This document shows positions 1 through 9,170 of a stretch of 64,000 nucleotides of DNA, one piece after another. The notes under the pieces are model-generated. The model ran no database searches. It saw only the letters and a program-made list of their open reading frames with translations, and was not told the origin of the DNA. The stretch lies in the IMG/VR virus record IMGVR_UViG_3300021387_000104, positions 3,409 through 67,408 of that record. One strand, 5' to 3'. The number at the start of each line of letters is the position of its first letter. Within the stretch, counting starts at the first letter, position 1. This DNA is from a virus. Taxonomy: Duplodnaviria; Caudoviricetes. The position numbers and the translations under genes are program-made.

Positions 1-2
1 AT

Positions 3-953
3 TCGGAGGGTGAACAGACTAACGCTTCTGGCGCATCCGCTCACGCTGAGGGGCTTCTGAGTATCGCCAACCACAAATCGCAGCATGTGTTTGGCGAATA
101 TAATGTCGCTGATACTTCTGAGCAACCGGCTACCAGTCGAGGCAATTATGTAGAAATAGTCGGCAATGGTACGGGCACCAACGCCCGCTCAAACGCCCGC
201 ACCCTTGACTGGTCTGGCAATGAAGAGCTGGCCGGAGACCTTACCATCAAAAAAGGAGCGTCCGGCGAAAAGAAAATTTCTGATATTGTGAACGACGTGG
301 CGAGTCTGAAAACCCATTTCCCGTCAACTGGTAGGTTCGTCAGTGGCGGCGGCGCTGCCAGCGCAAATTACGCGACGGCTGAGGGCAATAATACAACCGC
401 GTCAGGTCTTTGCTCTCATGCTGAAGGCACCGGTAGTCAAGCTACCAATGAGAACGCCCACGCGGAAGGAAACGGATCAATTGCGTCAGGGAAAAATGCT
501 CATGCAGAAGGCGGATGGAACACTGGCATGACTTCTGATCCTGGCAAAAGGTATTCTACTGCGTCGGGGACAAGTTCACATGCTGAGGGCAGCGGATGTC
601 ACGCTGAAGGCACCGGTACGCACGCCGAAGGCGTAGCAACAACCAGTATTGGTGAGGGTGCGCATGCCGAGGGCCGAGTTACAACCGCGAGGGGGACTGC
701 TTCGCACGCGGAAGGTCTACAGACTATTGCATATTATAATTACCAGCACGTATCCGGCCAATTCAATGCTACTGAAAATGCCGCGGAGATTGTCGGCAAT
801 GGTGTGGATGATGCTAATCGTTCTAATATCCGGGTGCTTGACTGGAACGGCAACGAAAAAATTACCGGTTCGCTAACCCTTGGCATGGGCACGGCAGACG
901 AGGTGACCGTTACCGCCGCGCAGTTGAAAGCGCTGTTGGCGATGCTTACTTAA
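3..953 (+). CDS. Tail fibre/adhesin-like protein, 5'-partial
   Basis: Frame is open from position 3. Many (S/A)HAEG beta-roll repeats and a duplicated EIVGNG...R.LDW.GNE module; lies just before the lysis genes. Confidence 0.8.
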   Translation, partial: SEGEQTNASGASAHAEGLLSIANHKSQHVFGEYNVADTSEQPATSRGNYVEIVGNGTGTNARSNARTLDWSGNEELAGDLTIKKGASGEKKISDIVNDVASLKTHFPSTGRFVSGGGAASANYATAEGNNTTASGLCSHAEGTGSQATNENAHAEGNGSIASGKNAHAEGGWNTGMTSDPGKRYSTASGTSSHAEGSGCHAEGTGTHAEGVATTSIGEGAHAEGRVTTARGTASHAEGLQTIAYYNYQHVSGQFNATENAAEIVGNGVDDANRSNIRVLDWNGNEKITGSLTLGMGTADEVTVTAAQLKALLAMLT

Positions 954-989
954 AAAAAGTCTCGAAGACATACTGAAAAGGAGGCCCAC

Positions 990-1895
990 ATGAACAAACC
1001 TCAACTGGTCAAAAATGCCGCCATTGAGCGGATCGGCTGTCCCTATGTTATGGGCGGGACGGGGAAAGTATGCTCCCCGTCCTACCGGGAAGCCAGGGCG
1101 GCGCAGTATCCGAATTATGCGACGCAAATCCGCAACAATTGTCCGCGCCTGAAGGGCAGCGCCAGCACGTGTATCAATTGCCGTTGGTGCGATCCAGAAA
1201 CGGGTAAGGGGAAACCGTGTTATGACTGTGCTCAACTCGCGTTAGCTTGCATGAAGGCGGTGGATATACCGCTTGTCAGCGGAGCAAACAGTCAATGGCT
1301 AAAGACACAGTTTTCTGAGAAGGGCGTTATTGCAGACCTTCCTCGCGATAAGGTGTGTCTGGTATTCCGAAAGGACGATGACGGCAAGATGCACCACGTG
1401 GGCGTTTACATGGGAGACGGCACTGTCGTTCACGCACGCGGTCATGCTTATGGCGTTGTTCAAGATCGGCTGGATGAAATCAGCAAGCCCTTCACCCACT
1501 ACGGCATTCCTGTCGGGCTGTATGACAGCGGATTGCCTACTGTCAGAAGGGGAAACAGCGGCGTGTACGTCAGGACCATGCAACAGGCGTTAGTGAAAGC
1601 TGGCTACAGCATAGATGTTGACGGCAAGTTCGGCAAGAATACGGAAGCCGTTGTAAAGGCGTTCCAGAGCAACAACGGGCTGACAGCCGATGGCATCTGC
1701 GGCAAGAAAACATGGGAAGCGCTCGAAAAATACATTCCTGACCAGCCTGAACCAGAGCCAGAACCAAAGCCCGATCCTGAACCTGAACCGCCGATAGACA
1801 CTGACGATTTTGTGACCATCGACCGTGACGAAGTGCAGTCTATCATTGAGCGCGTCGAAGCGCTTGCACAAACGCTGAGAGGTTGGCTGAAATGA
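990..1895 (+). CDS. Endolysin (NlpC/P60-like catalytic domain plus peptidoglycan-binding domain, PE-rich linker)
   Basis: YDCAQL catalytic Cys and HHVGVY His motifs; PG_binding_1-like LQQAL...DG.FG..T..AVKAFQ...GL.ADGICG..TW. Confidence 0.88.
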   Translation: MNKPQLVKNAAIERIGCPYVMGGTGKVCSPSYREARAAQYPNYATQIRNNCPRLKGSASTCINCRWCDPETGKGKPCYDCAQLALACMKAVDIPLVSGANSQWLKTQFSEKGVIADLPRDKVCLVFRKDDDGKMHHVGVYMGDGTVVHARGHAYGVVQDRLDEISKPFTHYGIPVGLYDSGLPTVRRGNSGVYVRTMQQALVKAGYSIDVDGKFGKNTEAVVKAFQSNNGLTADGICGKKTWEALEKYIPDQPEPEPEPKPDPEPEPPIDTDDFVTIDRDEVQSIIERVEALAQTLRGWLK

Positions 1896-2098
1896 TCAAG
1901 CCAGTACCTTGCCCATGCCACGAATGTACACACAGGAGCGCGTCGTGTCATGGCGGCTGTCAGGATTACGCCCTGTATGCACATTATAGGCAACAGATTC
2001 GTGAGGCACGGCAACGCGATCACGAAGTCACTTCGTCCCTGATTGCAGGAGCGGAGAAGATACACAAAGAAGTTTATCGGAGGAAACGAAATGGATAA
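1892..2098 (+). CDS. Small Cys/His-rich hypothetical protein
   Basis: ATGA overlap with the endolysin stop; CPC..C..R...CHG.C motif. Confidence 0.6.
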   Translation: MIKPVPCPCHECTHRSASCHGGCQDYALYAHYRQQIREARQRDHEVTSSLIAGAEKIHKEVYRRKRNG

Positions 2099-2387
2099 GA
2101 TCACGCCGGATATGCTAATGACCTTCCTGATAGTTGCGGCTGCGCTGGTTGGATTCGTTTTGCTGATTTGGCAGTTGGCGGATAAGATCAAAGCCGCCAG
2201 AAAACCGCAGACGGAATTGGAGAACTGGCGCAAGCAGACGGATGGTAGGCTCAAGGCCACAGAGGACGGCAACCGAGTAATCTGCCGTGGAATCCTCGCG
2301 CTGTTGAGTCATGAGATCAACGGGAACTCAACGGACAAGCTCAAGGCAAGCCAAAGTGAAATCACCAACTACCTGATCGACCGATAA
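2091..2387 (+). CDS. Single-TM membrane protein, holin-like
   Basis: GGAGG RBS, N-terminal hydrophobic helix, position in lysis module. Confidence 0.6.
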   Translation: MDKITPDMLMTFLIVAAALVGFVLLIWQLADKIKAARKPQTELENWRKQTDGRLKATEDGNRVICRGILALLSHEINGNSTDKLKASQSEITNYLIDR

Positions 2388-2441
2388 CGGAGGTGATGCC
2401 GGTTGGAAGCAAGCTTACAACGCCCTTTGATATACAGCCCC

Positions 2442-2540
2442 ATGGACGGCGCTGATCACTGCGTCTGCTGTGGGGCGGTCATTCCGGAAGGTAGCATTAT
2501 TTGTCCGCTGTGCGCCGATGGCGTGGAGCATAAACTGTGA
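2442..2540 (+). CDS. Putative 32-aa zinc-ribbon peptide
   Basis: MDGADHCVCCGAVIPEGSIICPLCAD: CxxC...CxxC. Confidence 0.4.
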   Translation: MDGADHCVCCGAVIPEGSIICPLCADGVEHKL

Positions 2541-2553
2541 AAGGAGAACAATA

Positions 2554-2904
2554 ATGAACAACATTGATCTGACACCTATTTTTCAGGCTGTTATCGCCCT
2601 GCTTGCCGCTCTGGTGACTTACAAGTTGATTCCGTGGATTAAGAGCAAGACAGACAAAAACCAGCAGGACAACATTGCCGCTGCCGCTAAGATTGCCGTC
2701 TATGCTGCAGAACAACTCTACGGTGCTAATCACGGCGATGAGAAGCTGGATTATGCCCGTAGGGTATTGCAGGCTGCTGGCTACGATATGAATACTGATA
2801 CTCTCCGAGCTGCGATTGAAAGCGCCGTGTACAGCTTGCCTATTTGGGACAAAAAGAATGAACTGAAACCACCTGAACAACCGACCGAAAGCGTTGACGA
2901 ATAA
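2554..2904 (+). CDS. Holin (LL-H-like family)
   Basis: AAGGAG RBS; one N-terminal TM helix, then IPWIKSK and AVYAAEQLYG...G.EKL motifs. Confidence 0.8.
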   Translation: MNNIDLTPIFQAVIALLAALVTYKLIPWIKSKTDKNQQDNIAAAAKIAVYAAEQLYGANHGDEKLDYARRVLQAAGYDMNTDTLRAAIESAVYSLPIWDKKNELKPPEQPTESVDE

Positions 2905-2951
2905 CCGCTGAAAATGCTATACTGTCAAAAAATGGCAGGAGGCTGAAAGGC

Positions 2952-3254
2952 ATGTTTAGCAAGAAAGAAAACACCGAACCGAAACTGAACGAAGAACAAA
3001 GGAACGCGCCTATGCCTTATTATGTGCATGAGGGCGAAATGTACCGCGCGGAACGGATTCAAAAGCGGCTTTGGATTGTTATTATCCTCCTGATTGTCAT
3101 TCTGGTCGGCACAAATACGGGGTGGATCATATACGAAAGCCAGTTTGAGGATGTTTCCGTAGACCAGATGGTAGATACTGGCGAAGGCGACGCATACGTG
3201 ACAGGCGTAGGAGATTTGAATTATGGCAAAGATCAGGCAGGTAATCCGAATTAG
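2952..3254 (+). CDS. Hypothetical membrane protein
   Basis: ORF with RBS and a central TM helix (LWIVIILLIVILVG). Confidence 0.65.
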   Translation: MFSKKENTEPKLNEEQRNAPMPYYVHEGEMYRAERIQKRLWIVIILLIVILVGTNTGWIIYESQFEDVSVDQMVDTGEGDAYVTGVGDLNYGKDQAGNPN

Positions 3255-3328
3255 ACGATTGAAAACTGGCGGTAATTCCGGCTACAAAAAGTGCGGCACA
3301 TGTAACGGGACCGGCAGGGTGAAGAACA

Positions 3329-3553
3329 GTGAGCCTTCCAAGCGACGTCGGACGGTCTGATATCGAAGCCGCGATCCATGAATGGATTATCGGACCTAAA
3401 GCGGAACGCGACAGAGCCATATTATCAAGAAGACTGTTTGATGGCATTTGTTACGAACCGTTAGCCGAAGAATTTGACATGTCAGTGCCGCAAATCAAGC
3501 GCATTATATACAAAGGTATGGAGCGCGTGTTCTCACACTTGTTGCACAAATAA
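3329..3553 (+). CDS. Sigma-70 region-4-like HTH protein
   Basis: RDRAILSRRLFDGICYEPLAEEFDMSVPQIKRII pattern. Confidence 0.65.
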   Translation: MSLPSDVGRSDIEAAIHEWIIGPKAERDRAILSRRLFDGICYEPLAEEFDMSVPQIKRIIYKGMERVFSHLLHK

Positions 3554-3563
3554 ACCAGCGGTT

Positions 3564-3590
3564 AAGGTCGGGGAAACCCGGCCTTTTTTT
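3564..3590 (+). terminator. Rho-independent terminator
   Basis: AAGGTCGGG-GAAA-CCCGGCCTT hairpin followed by a T run. Confidence 0.8.
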
Positions 3591-3724
3591 GTTGCGCAAA
3601 AATGATACGCTGATGATACGAAATTGAACAAAAAGAGATACGAAAGAGACCCGTTCATGAACTCGTGAGCGGGTCGTTTTTTTGTCAAAATATTGCCATC
3701 AAGAAGGGAACGGAGGGACTTCGC

Positions 3725-3922
3725 GTGACTGATGTTGGATACCCGGAGACGTGCAAAGAGCAAGTCAAGCAAGTGTCAAAAGCGCTCCACATGGACGAGG
3801 ATACGGCATATGCGTGCATTGCGATGTATTCCATTCTGACGGATCTGTCGCCGACTGACCCTGAACTTATTCAGTTGGTCATAGACGAATACGGCGGGTC
3901 AGAAGTAGTCCCTGTTGCATAG
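3725..3922 (+). CDS. Hypothetical protein
   Basis: GGAGGG RBS with GTG start. Confidence 0.5.
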   Translation: MTDVGYPETCKEQVKQVSKALHMDEDTAYACIAMYSILTDLSPTDPELIQLVIDEYGGSEVVPVA

Positions 3923-3924
3923 TT

Positions 3925-4302
3925 ATGTGGATTAAGACGAACCCAAACCCGCGGAAAAAGGAAGTTAATGATTGCGTCATCCGCGCCATTGCAATAGCTA
4001 CCGGCATGTCGTGGCTGGACGTGTACGACGACCTGTACCGCGTAGGGCGCAGTGAATACGACATGATGAGCAGCAATGCGGTATGGGGCTTGTACCTGTA
4101 TCAGTGCGGGTTTGAACCGTTCCTTCTTCCGGAATCCTGCCCGAGGTGCATTACCGTGCGCGAGTTTGCCAGACGGTTTCCGCACGGACGGTACATTGTC
4201 GGAACAGGCACACATGCGATTGCCGTAATTTCCGGCGATTATTACGACTCTTGGGATAGCGGAAGCACCGTTCCATCCTATTTCTGGAGAATCAGCGACT
4301 AA
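3925..4302 (+). CDS. Conserved phage protein, possible papain-fold peptidase
   Basis: NPNP...DCVIRAIA (Cys), HAIAV (His) and YYDSWDS (Asp). Confidence 0.6.
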   Translation: MWIKTNPNPRKKEVNDCVIRAIAIATGMSWLDVYDDLYRVGRSEYDMMSSNAVWGLYLYQCGFEPFLLPESCPRCITVREFARRFPHGRYIVGTGTHAIAVISGDYYDSWDSGSTVPSYFWRISD

Positions 4303-4319
4303 AAACGGAGGAAACAAAA

Positions 4320-4826
4320 ATGCCTAACTACAACAACTTCCAGTCCGGCTATGGCTACCCGATGTACAACACACAGGGCTATCAGCAGTATTCCGGTGCA
4401 CAGCCACAGTATCAGCAACAGCCTTCCATGAGTTACCAGACACAGCAGACGCCCGTTGGAATCGTCTGGGTAGACGGTGAGGTCGGTGCGAAGGCGTATC
4501 AGTTGCCTGCGAATTGGCCCGTCAATGCGCCGATGCCGCTTTGGGACACCAACGACACGGTGATTTATCTCAAATCCACAAACCAGATGGGTATGCCAAA
4601 CCCGCTTCAAAAAGTGCATTACACCATGGAAGAGGTTCAGCGTTCACCGATGATGGGGCAGTCTGGACAGACGCAGGCGCTTCCAGCACCGGAACAGGCG
4701 ATGCCTGATATGTCGGCTTTTGTGACTAAGGATGATCTTGAACAGATGAAAGAGGAACTGAAATCCGCTCTGGCGACCGCTAACGAGGCAAAGGGGGCGC
4801 GTTCAAATGGCAAATCCTCTGTTTAA
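4320..4826 (+). CDS. Gln/Tyr/Pro-rich hypothetical protein
   Basis: GGAGG RBS; low-complexity N-terminus, then IVWVDGEVGAKAY core. Confidence 0.7.
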   Translation: MPNYNNFQSGYGYPMYNTQGYQQYSGAQPQYQQQPSMSYQTQQTPVGIVWVDGEVGAKAYQLPANWPVNAPMPLWDTNDTVIYLKSTNQMGMPNPLQKVHYTMEEVQRSPMMGQSGQTQALPAPEQAMPDMSAFVTKDDLEQMKEELKSALATANEAKGARSNGKSSV

Positions 4827-5121
4827 CGCTATTATGCGCGGTTCTAAGCCGCCTGTTGCTCAACCGTCACAGGATTACGAGCAGAACAACGGAAACGCTC
4901 AGAGCGCAAATAACGCGCCGCAAATGGGCTTTCAGGACGCAATGCGTGAACTGCGTTCTCATCCGGCACAAATGATAAAACAGGCTGGATTTAACGTGCC
5001 TGATGAAATCGCAAACAATCCGCAGGCATCAGTCATGCACCTGATCCAGTCTGGGCAGGTAGGTGGACCGATGATGCAACGGATCAGACCGATGCTGAAC
5101 ATGCTGATGGGGAGAAGGTAA
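4807..5121 (+). CDS. Gln/Met-rich hypothetical protein
   Basis: ORF overlaps the previous stop; MANPLF start. Confidence 0.65.
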   Translation: MANPLFNAIMRGSKPPVAQPSQDYEQNNGNAQSANNAPQMGFQDAMRELRSHPAQMIKQAGFNVPDEIANNPQASVMHLIQSGQVGGPMMQRIRPMLNMLMGRR

Positions 5122-5291
5122 CACGCAACTAAAGCATTTACCATTCTGGTTTAATTGCGCTTTGAAAGATTCGCGGTAACTAAGGATGGCTTTAATTGCA
5201 AAACAAAAAGCGCCCGCGATGCGGAACGCTTCCGGCTGTAAACAGCCCCCCACCAGCTACGCACCATTCAGTGCTTCACTGGTTCGTGTGT

Positions 5292-5320
5292 ATTATAGCA
5301 TAAAAACAAAACCGGCGCAA
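5292..5320 (-). promoter_or_regulatory. Sigma-A-type promoter, minus strand
   Basis: Minus strand reads TTGCGC-17 nt-TATAAT with an extended -10 TG. Confidence 0.55.
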
Positions 5321-5480
5321 GTGAGTACCAGTCACAAGCGCCGGAAGAAACCAATCACGGGGACAACCGCAACAGGCTTCTTTGCATGTCCATTTTAAGG
5401 CTGTTTCCGTGATGTGTCAAGCGCAATTCCGCTCAGTGCGCAGGGGCGGTTTGCAAATAAATGAAAGGAAACAGACAACA

Positions 5481-6413
5481 ATGACTTCCGAAAACAATGG
5501 AATGTATATGCCCGTAGCACCTGCCTATGGTTACGGTGGCGGCAATGGTGGCTTCGGAAACTTCGGCGGTGATGGCTGGTGGCTGATCCTGCTGTTTCTG
5601 CTTTGTGGTAACGGCATGTGGGGCGGCTTCGGCGGCATGGGCGGCATGATGTGGCCTATGATGATGGGCGGCATGGGTGCCGGCATGGGTCTGGACTATC
5701 TGTACCCCTGGCTGAATAACAGCGAACACATCTCTGACGGCTTCCGCGACCAGCAGTTGCAGACAAGCGTTAGCGGTATCCAGAACGCCGTGACTACTGG
5801 CTTTGGAAATGTGCAGAACGCTTTGTGTCAGGGCTTCGCCGGGACTACTGCCGCTGTAACTGGCGCTCAGAATGCTATCGCCCAGCAGCTTTATGGCAAT
5901 GAAATCGCCAGCCTGAACCGCTCTTTCGCGGAGCAGACTGCCAATGTGCAGGGCTTCAACAATGTTCAGGCTCAGTTGGCTCAGTGCTGCTGCGACAACC
6001 GCGCCGCTACCGCTGACCTGAAATACACGGTTGCGACCGAAGCGTGTGCCGACCGTACCGCTGCGGCTACCAACACCCGTGACATTATCGACGCTCAGAC
6101 CCGTGGCACTCAGGCAATCCTCGACAAGCTCTGTGCTCTGGAACTGGATGGCGTGAAGGGTCAGCTTGCTCAGGCGCAGCGTGAAAACGTTGGTCTCCAG
6201 AATCAGCTGAACATGGCGGCTCTGCGTGAAAGCCAGACGGCCCAGAACGCGTTCATCTCTCAGGGCTTTGCCAATGAGGTTGACGCGCTGTACAACCGTC
6301 TGAATAACTGCCCCGTTCCAACCACACCTGTCTATGGTCGTACTCCGATCTTCACCTGTGGCGCTCAGAACATGGGCTGCGGCTGCGGCGGCAACGCCTT
6401 TGTGAACGGTTGA
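5481..6413 (+). CDS. Gly/Met-rich N-terminus plus coiled-coil protein (spore-coat-like phage family, function unknown)
   Basis: GGFGGDGWWLILLFLL motif, Gln/Ala coiled coil, QLAQCCCD and GCGC motifs. Confidence 0.7.
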   Translation: MTSENNGMYMPVAPAYGYGGGNGGFGNFGGDGWWLILLFLLCGNGMWGGFGGMGGMMWPMMMGGMGAGMGLDYLYPWLNNSEHISDGFRDQQLQTSVSGIQNAVTTGFGNVQNALCQGFAGTTAAVTGAQNAIAQQLYGNEIASLNRSFAEQTANVQGFNNVQAQLAQCCCDNRAATADLKYTVATEACADRTAAATNTRDIIDAQTRGTQAILDKLCALELDGVKGQLAQAQRENVGLQNQLNMAALRESQTAQNAFISQGFANEVDALYNRLNNCPVPTTPVYGRTPIFTCGAQNMGCGCGGNAFVNG

Positions 6414-6423
6414 GGTGATAGCC

Positions 6424-6879
6424 ATGGCAAGGTATCTTACAAGTACGGACGCTAACGTAGCCCTGAATGGCGCGTTCCCGTTTGATGTTGTATCTATCCC
6501 GTGCAACAAGGGCTGTGTTGTCCCGATTGCGACAGGGGTTCTTACTTTGAAAGGCAGTAGCACTAATCAGTTCGCACGGTATCGTGTGACGGTACAGGGA
6601 AACGTGTCCATTCCGACAGGCGGGGCGGTCACGCCTATCGCAGTGGCGATCACGCTGAACGGCGTTGCCCTGCCTGATAGCGTGGCAATCGTCACTCCGA
6701 CCACAGTTGATGAGGTCTGGCACATCAATACGTCTACTACGATCACTGTTCCGTGCGGATGCTGTGTTTCCGTTTCCGCCGCGTATGTTGACGGAACGGA
6801 AGATGATGCCGCTGTAACGCCTACGCCTTCCATCACTGTCAGGCGGCTGGCATCTATTGACGTTACCCGTGTAGCCTGA
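6424..6879 (+). CDS. Beta-sandwich protein (BclA C-terminal/C1q-like, tentative)
   Basis: GAGGTG RBS; alternating beta-strand pattern; VPCGCC. Confidence 0.55.
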   Translation: MARYLTSTDANVALNGAFPFDVVSIPCNKGCVVPIATGVLTLKGSSTNQFARYRVTVQGNVSIPTGGAVTPIAVAITLNGVALPDSVAIVTPTTVDEVWHINTSTTITVPCGCCVSVSAAYVDGTEDDAAVTPTPSITVRRLASIDVTRVA

Positions 6880-6898
6880 CAATAAGGAGGAAACATCA

Positions 6899-7255
6899 AT
6901 GTCTGAGCATTACAAGAATCTTGAAAAAGCCATGTGCAAAGAGTTGGAAAAGCTCGATAAAAAGTACACGGCTGATACCGAAATGACCGACGTCGATGCG
7001 GAACGTGCCGACAAACTGTACCATGCGCTGAAATCTGCCGCTACTTATCATGCAATGAAGGACGCGGAAGAGGAAGACGAGGAAGAAGGTTACAGCGGCG
7101 AAGGCCGTTCCTACCGTGGGCGTTCCTATGGCATGGGTCGTTCATATGCCCGCCGGCGTGATGCCATGGGCCGATACAGCCGGATGGGTGAACCGGAGTA
7201 TTCCGGTCGCTATCCGATGGAGTACATTGACCCGTACTGGGATCGTCGGTTCTGA
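6899..7255 (+). CDS. Hypothetical protein with an Arg/Ser/Tyr/Gly-rich tail
   Basis: AAGGAGG RBS; GRSY repeats and RRRDAMGRYSR. Confidence 0.7.
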   Translation: MSEHYKNLEKAMCKELEKLDKKYTADTEMTDVDAERADKLYHALKSAATYHAMKDAEEEDEEEGYSGEGRSYRGRSYGMGRSYARRRDAMGRYSRMGEPEYSGRYPMEYIDPYWDRRF

Positions 7256-7277
7256 TAAGGACATATTTGTCCCTAAC

Positions 7278-7312
7278 AAAAAAGCCCGCCTCAGAAATGG
7301 GGCGGGTTCTTT
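7278..7312. terminator. Bidirectional terminator between convergent genes
   Basis: A6-GCCCGCC...GGCGGGT-TCTTT hairpin between the stops at 7255 (+) and 7318 (-). Confidence 0.75.
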
Positions 7313-7317
7313 ATATG

Positions 7318-8745
7318 TTACCAAGTGTATTCTGAAATGGTCTTTTCAAGCGTTCCTTCACCTTGCTCTGCCAGACGGATGAAATCAAACACCTTTTCAG
7401 ACCATCCTGCTATGATGTTTGTCTTTGGTCCGTGGAACTGCTGTGTACCATAGCCTTGCAGGTCGATAGCGTGTACCCAGATGTCGTTGCCAGACTTCCT
7501 GCGGTATTGGTCTGCAAGCGATTGTACAGGGGAACTCCATCCACAATTGCACTGATTGTCTGAAATAATGATGATTCGGTCAGCATCTACGCGGTCAGCC
7601 AGCATTTTTTCAAACGGAAGACCCATTGCTGTGCCACCACTGGCGCGCGCTTCATGGACGGTCGTGTGCAGTATGCCGTTTCTGGAAGATATTGGTTGCT
7701 TACTGATGCTGTTGTTGAATGTATAGAAAATGCTGTTATCGCACATCTTGTTCGCGATCAGTCCGAGTAACATACCGATTTCACAGCACTGAATATCAGA
7801 TTTGCTGCTTATAAGACCACTCATCGAACCTGATACATCAACGGCGATTACGGTAGTGCCAGACAGACGCGGCATGTTTTCAATAGATGCTTCTACGGCG
7901 CTTTCAAGAGCGTCATACACGCGGCTGCCGGCGGAGGCAGGGAGATTCTTATAAGCGGAGAGAAAGCGGAACGGAAGCTGCTTGGACTTGTGTACGGCAA
8001 CGGGATCTTCAATGCGGTTAAGCACTTTTTCAATGTTGTCTGGCTTTGCTTCAATGATGTTTCTCAGGTTTCTGAGTAGCGCCATATATCCGACCTTGCC
8101 GCTATTGATAAGTCCCTCCCATGTCTTCTTGTTGTTGCCGTTCTTTGAAAGTTCAGTTTCCCATGTCAGCGGGGTTTCAAGCGTTCCTTCAAGACAACGC
8201 TTCCACATTGCTTCCTGTTCTGCGTCCTTCGGCTTCGGCCTGCACAGGCACAGCAAATCGCGCATTTTTACGCCTTTGCCATCACCCTTATACTTGGCAA
8301 GGGTATATTCATCGAACGTCTTAAGCACGTCGCAAATGCCGTTTCTGACAGAGTTGGGAATGGGCTTGCCGAACGTGTTCAAATAAAAAGACATAATTTC
8401 CGTCACGTCATCGCCGCGCAACGATACGCCACGGATGGTCTCACGCGCGTGTGGCTTGCCTTCAGGCTCATGCGCAAGAAAACCGGTCAGCACGTGCGCA
8501 ACAGAACGCATGTTGAACTCCCTGCGGGCGAACACGGCCAACTTGGAAACAAACTGTGGGTCGGTTTTGATAACGCGCTGGATGGTTTCTGTCATTTCCT
8601 TGCTGTTATCACCGTAGAACTTGCTTTCGTTGAAAAAGCTCGTAAGGACTTGCGTAATAAGCTTTTCCTTGTCATTCATACGGTAAGCGACGTGACCTTC
8701 CTTGTTGGTCGTCTTGATAGTAGCGGTGTTGTTGAACTTTGCCAT
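7318..8745 (-). CDS. rsr: Ro60/TROVE RNA-binding protein with C-terminal vWA domain
   Basis: TROVE motifs (SFFNESKFYG, ARREFNMRS, TWETELS, GYMALLRNLRNI, QLPFRFLSAY), vWA MIDAS DVSGSM and IIIISDNQ; AAAAGGAGGT RBS. Confidence 0.93.
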   Translation of the reverse strand: MAKFNNTATIKTTNKEGHVAYRMNDKEKLITQVLTSFFNESKFYGDNSKEMTETIQRVIKTDPQFVSKLAVFARREFNMRSVAHVLTGFLAHEPEGKPHARETIRGVSLRGDDVTEIMSFYLNTFGKPIPNSVRNGICDVLKTFDEYTLAKYKGDGKGVKMRDLLCLCRPKPKDAEQEAMWKRCLEGTLETPLTWETELSKNGNNKKTWEGLINSGKVGYMALLRNLRNIIEAKPDNIEKVLNRIEDPVAVHKSKQLPFRFLSAYKNLPASAGSRVYDALESAVEASIENMPRLSGTTVIAVDVSGSMSGLISSKSDIQCCEIGMLLGLIANKMCDNSIFYTFNNSISKQPISSRNGILHTTVHEARASGGTAMGLPFEKMLADRVDADRIIIISDNQCNCGWSSPVQSLADQYRRKSGNDIWVHAIDLQGYGTQQFHGPKTNIIAGWSEKVFDFIRLAEQGEGTLEKTISEYTW

Positions 8746-8780
8746 GCAGTACCTCCTTTTACGGTGGACAAAATAAAAAA

Positions 8781-8860
8781 CAAACGCGATAAATCCGCAA
8801 CCGGGTAAGCCAGTGTCGAATTACAAGTTCGATGCATCCGATTACTGCAATGCGCGTTTG
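8781..8860 (-). ncRNA. Array unit E: short stem-closed RNA with the shared CAUUGC/UUUAU motif, no T arm
   Basis: Minus strand: CAAACGCG-CATTGC-A...TTTAT-CGCGTTTG; internal hairpin TCGAA-CTTGTAA-TTCGA. Confidence 0.6.
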
Positions 8861-8870
8861 TCTTTGGTGT

Positions 8871-9018
8871 GAAGCGGATAAAAACGGAAACGGTACGTTT
8901 AGCGCTCTGCCGATTGAGCTACTACGATTACTCATAAAGAGCCACACTCGTAGACGGGGCTCGAACCCGCAACCTCTCGCTTAACAGGCGAAGTAACCTT
9001 TTCCTACAATGCCGCTTC
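8871..9018 (-). ncRNA. Array unit A: circularly permuted tRNA-Asn(GTT)-like RNA (Y RNA/YrlA-like candidate)
   Basis: Minus strand: GAAGCGG-CATTGT...GGTTAC-TTCGC CTGTTAA GCGAG-AGGTT-GCGGG TTCGAGC CCCGT-CTACGA-linker-TCGTAG-TA-GCTC AATCGGCA GAGC...TTTAT-CCGCTTC. Confidence 0.8.
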
Positions 9019-9026
9019 AGTGGCGT

Positions 9027-9163
9027 GATGCTGATAAATTCGATAACAGTACATTTACGGTGTGCTACCATTACACCATCCCACACATATGGGCGTGGGA
9101 GCAGGAATCGAACCTACACTACCGGCACCATAGCGAAGTAACTGTCATCTGCAATGCAGCATC
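9027..9163 (-). ncRNA. Array unit B: circularly permuted tRNA-like RNA
   Basis: Minus strand: GATGCTG-CATTGC...GTTACTTCG...GTAGG TTCGATT CCTGC-TCCCAC-loop-GTGGGA-TG-GTGT AATGGTA GCAC...TTTAT-CAGCATC. Confidence 0.8.
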
Positions 9164-9170
9164 ATTGGCA

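Noticed and set aside
3-953. HAEG repeats as a novel repeat system
   Set aside because: Common beta-roll repeats of phage tail fibres and adhesins; they are protein-level only.
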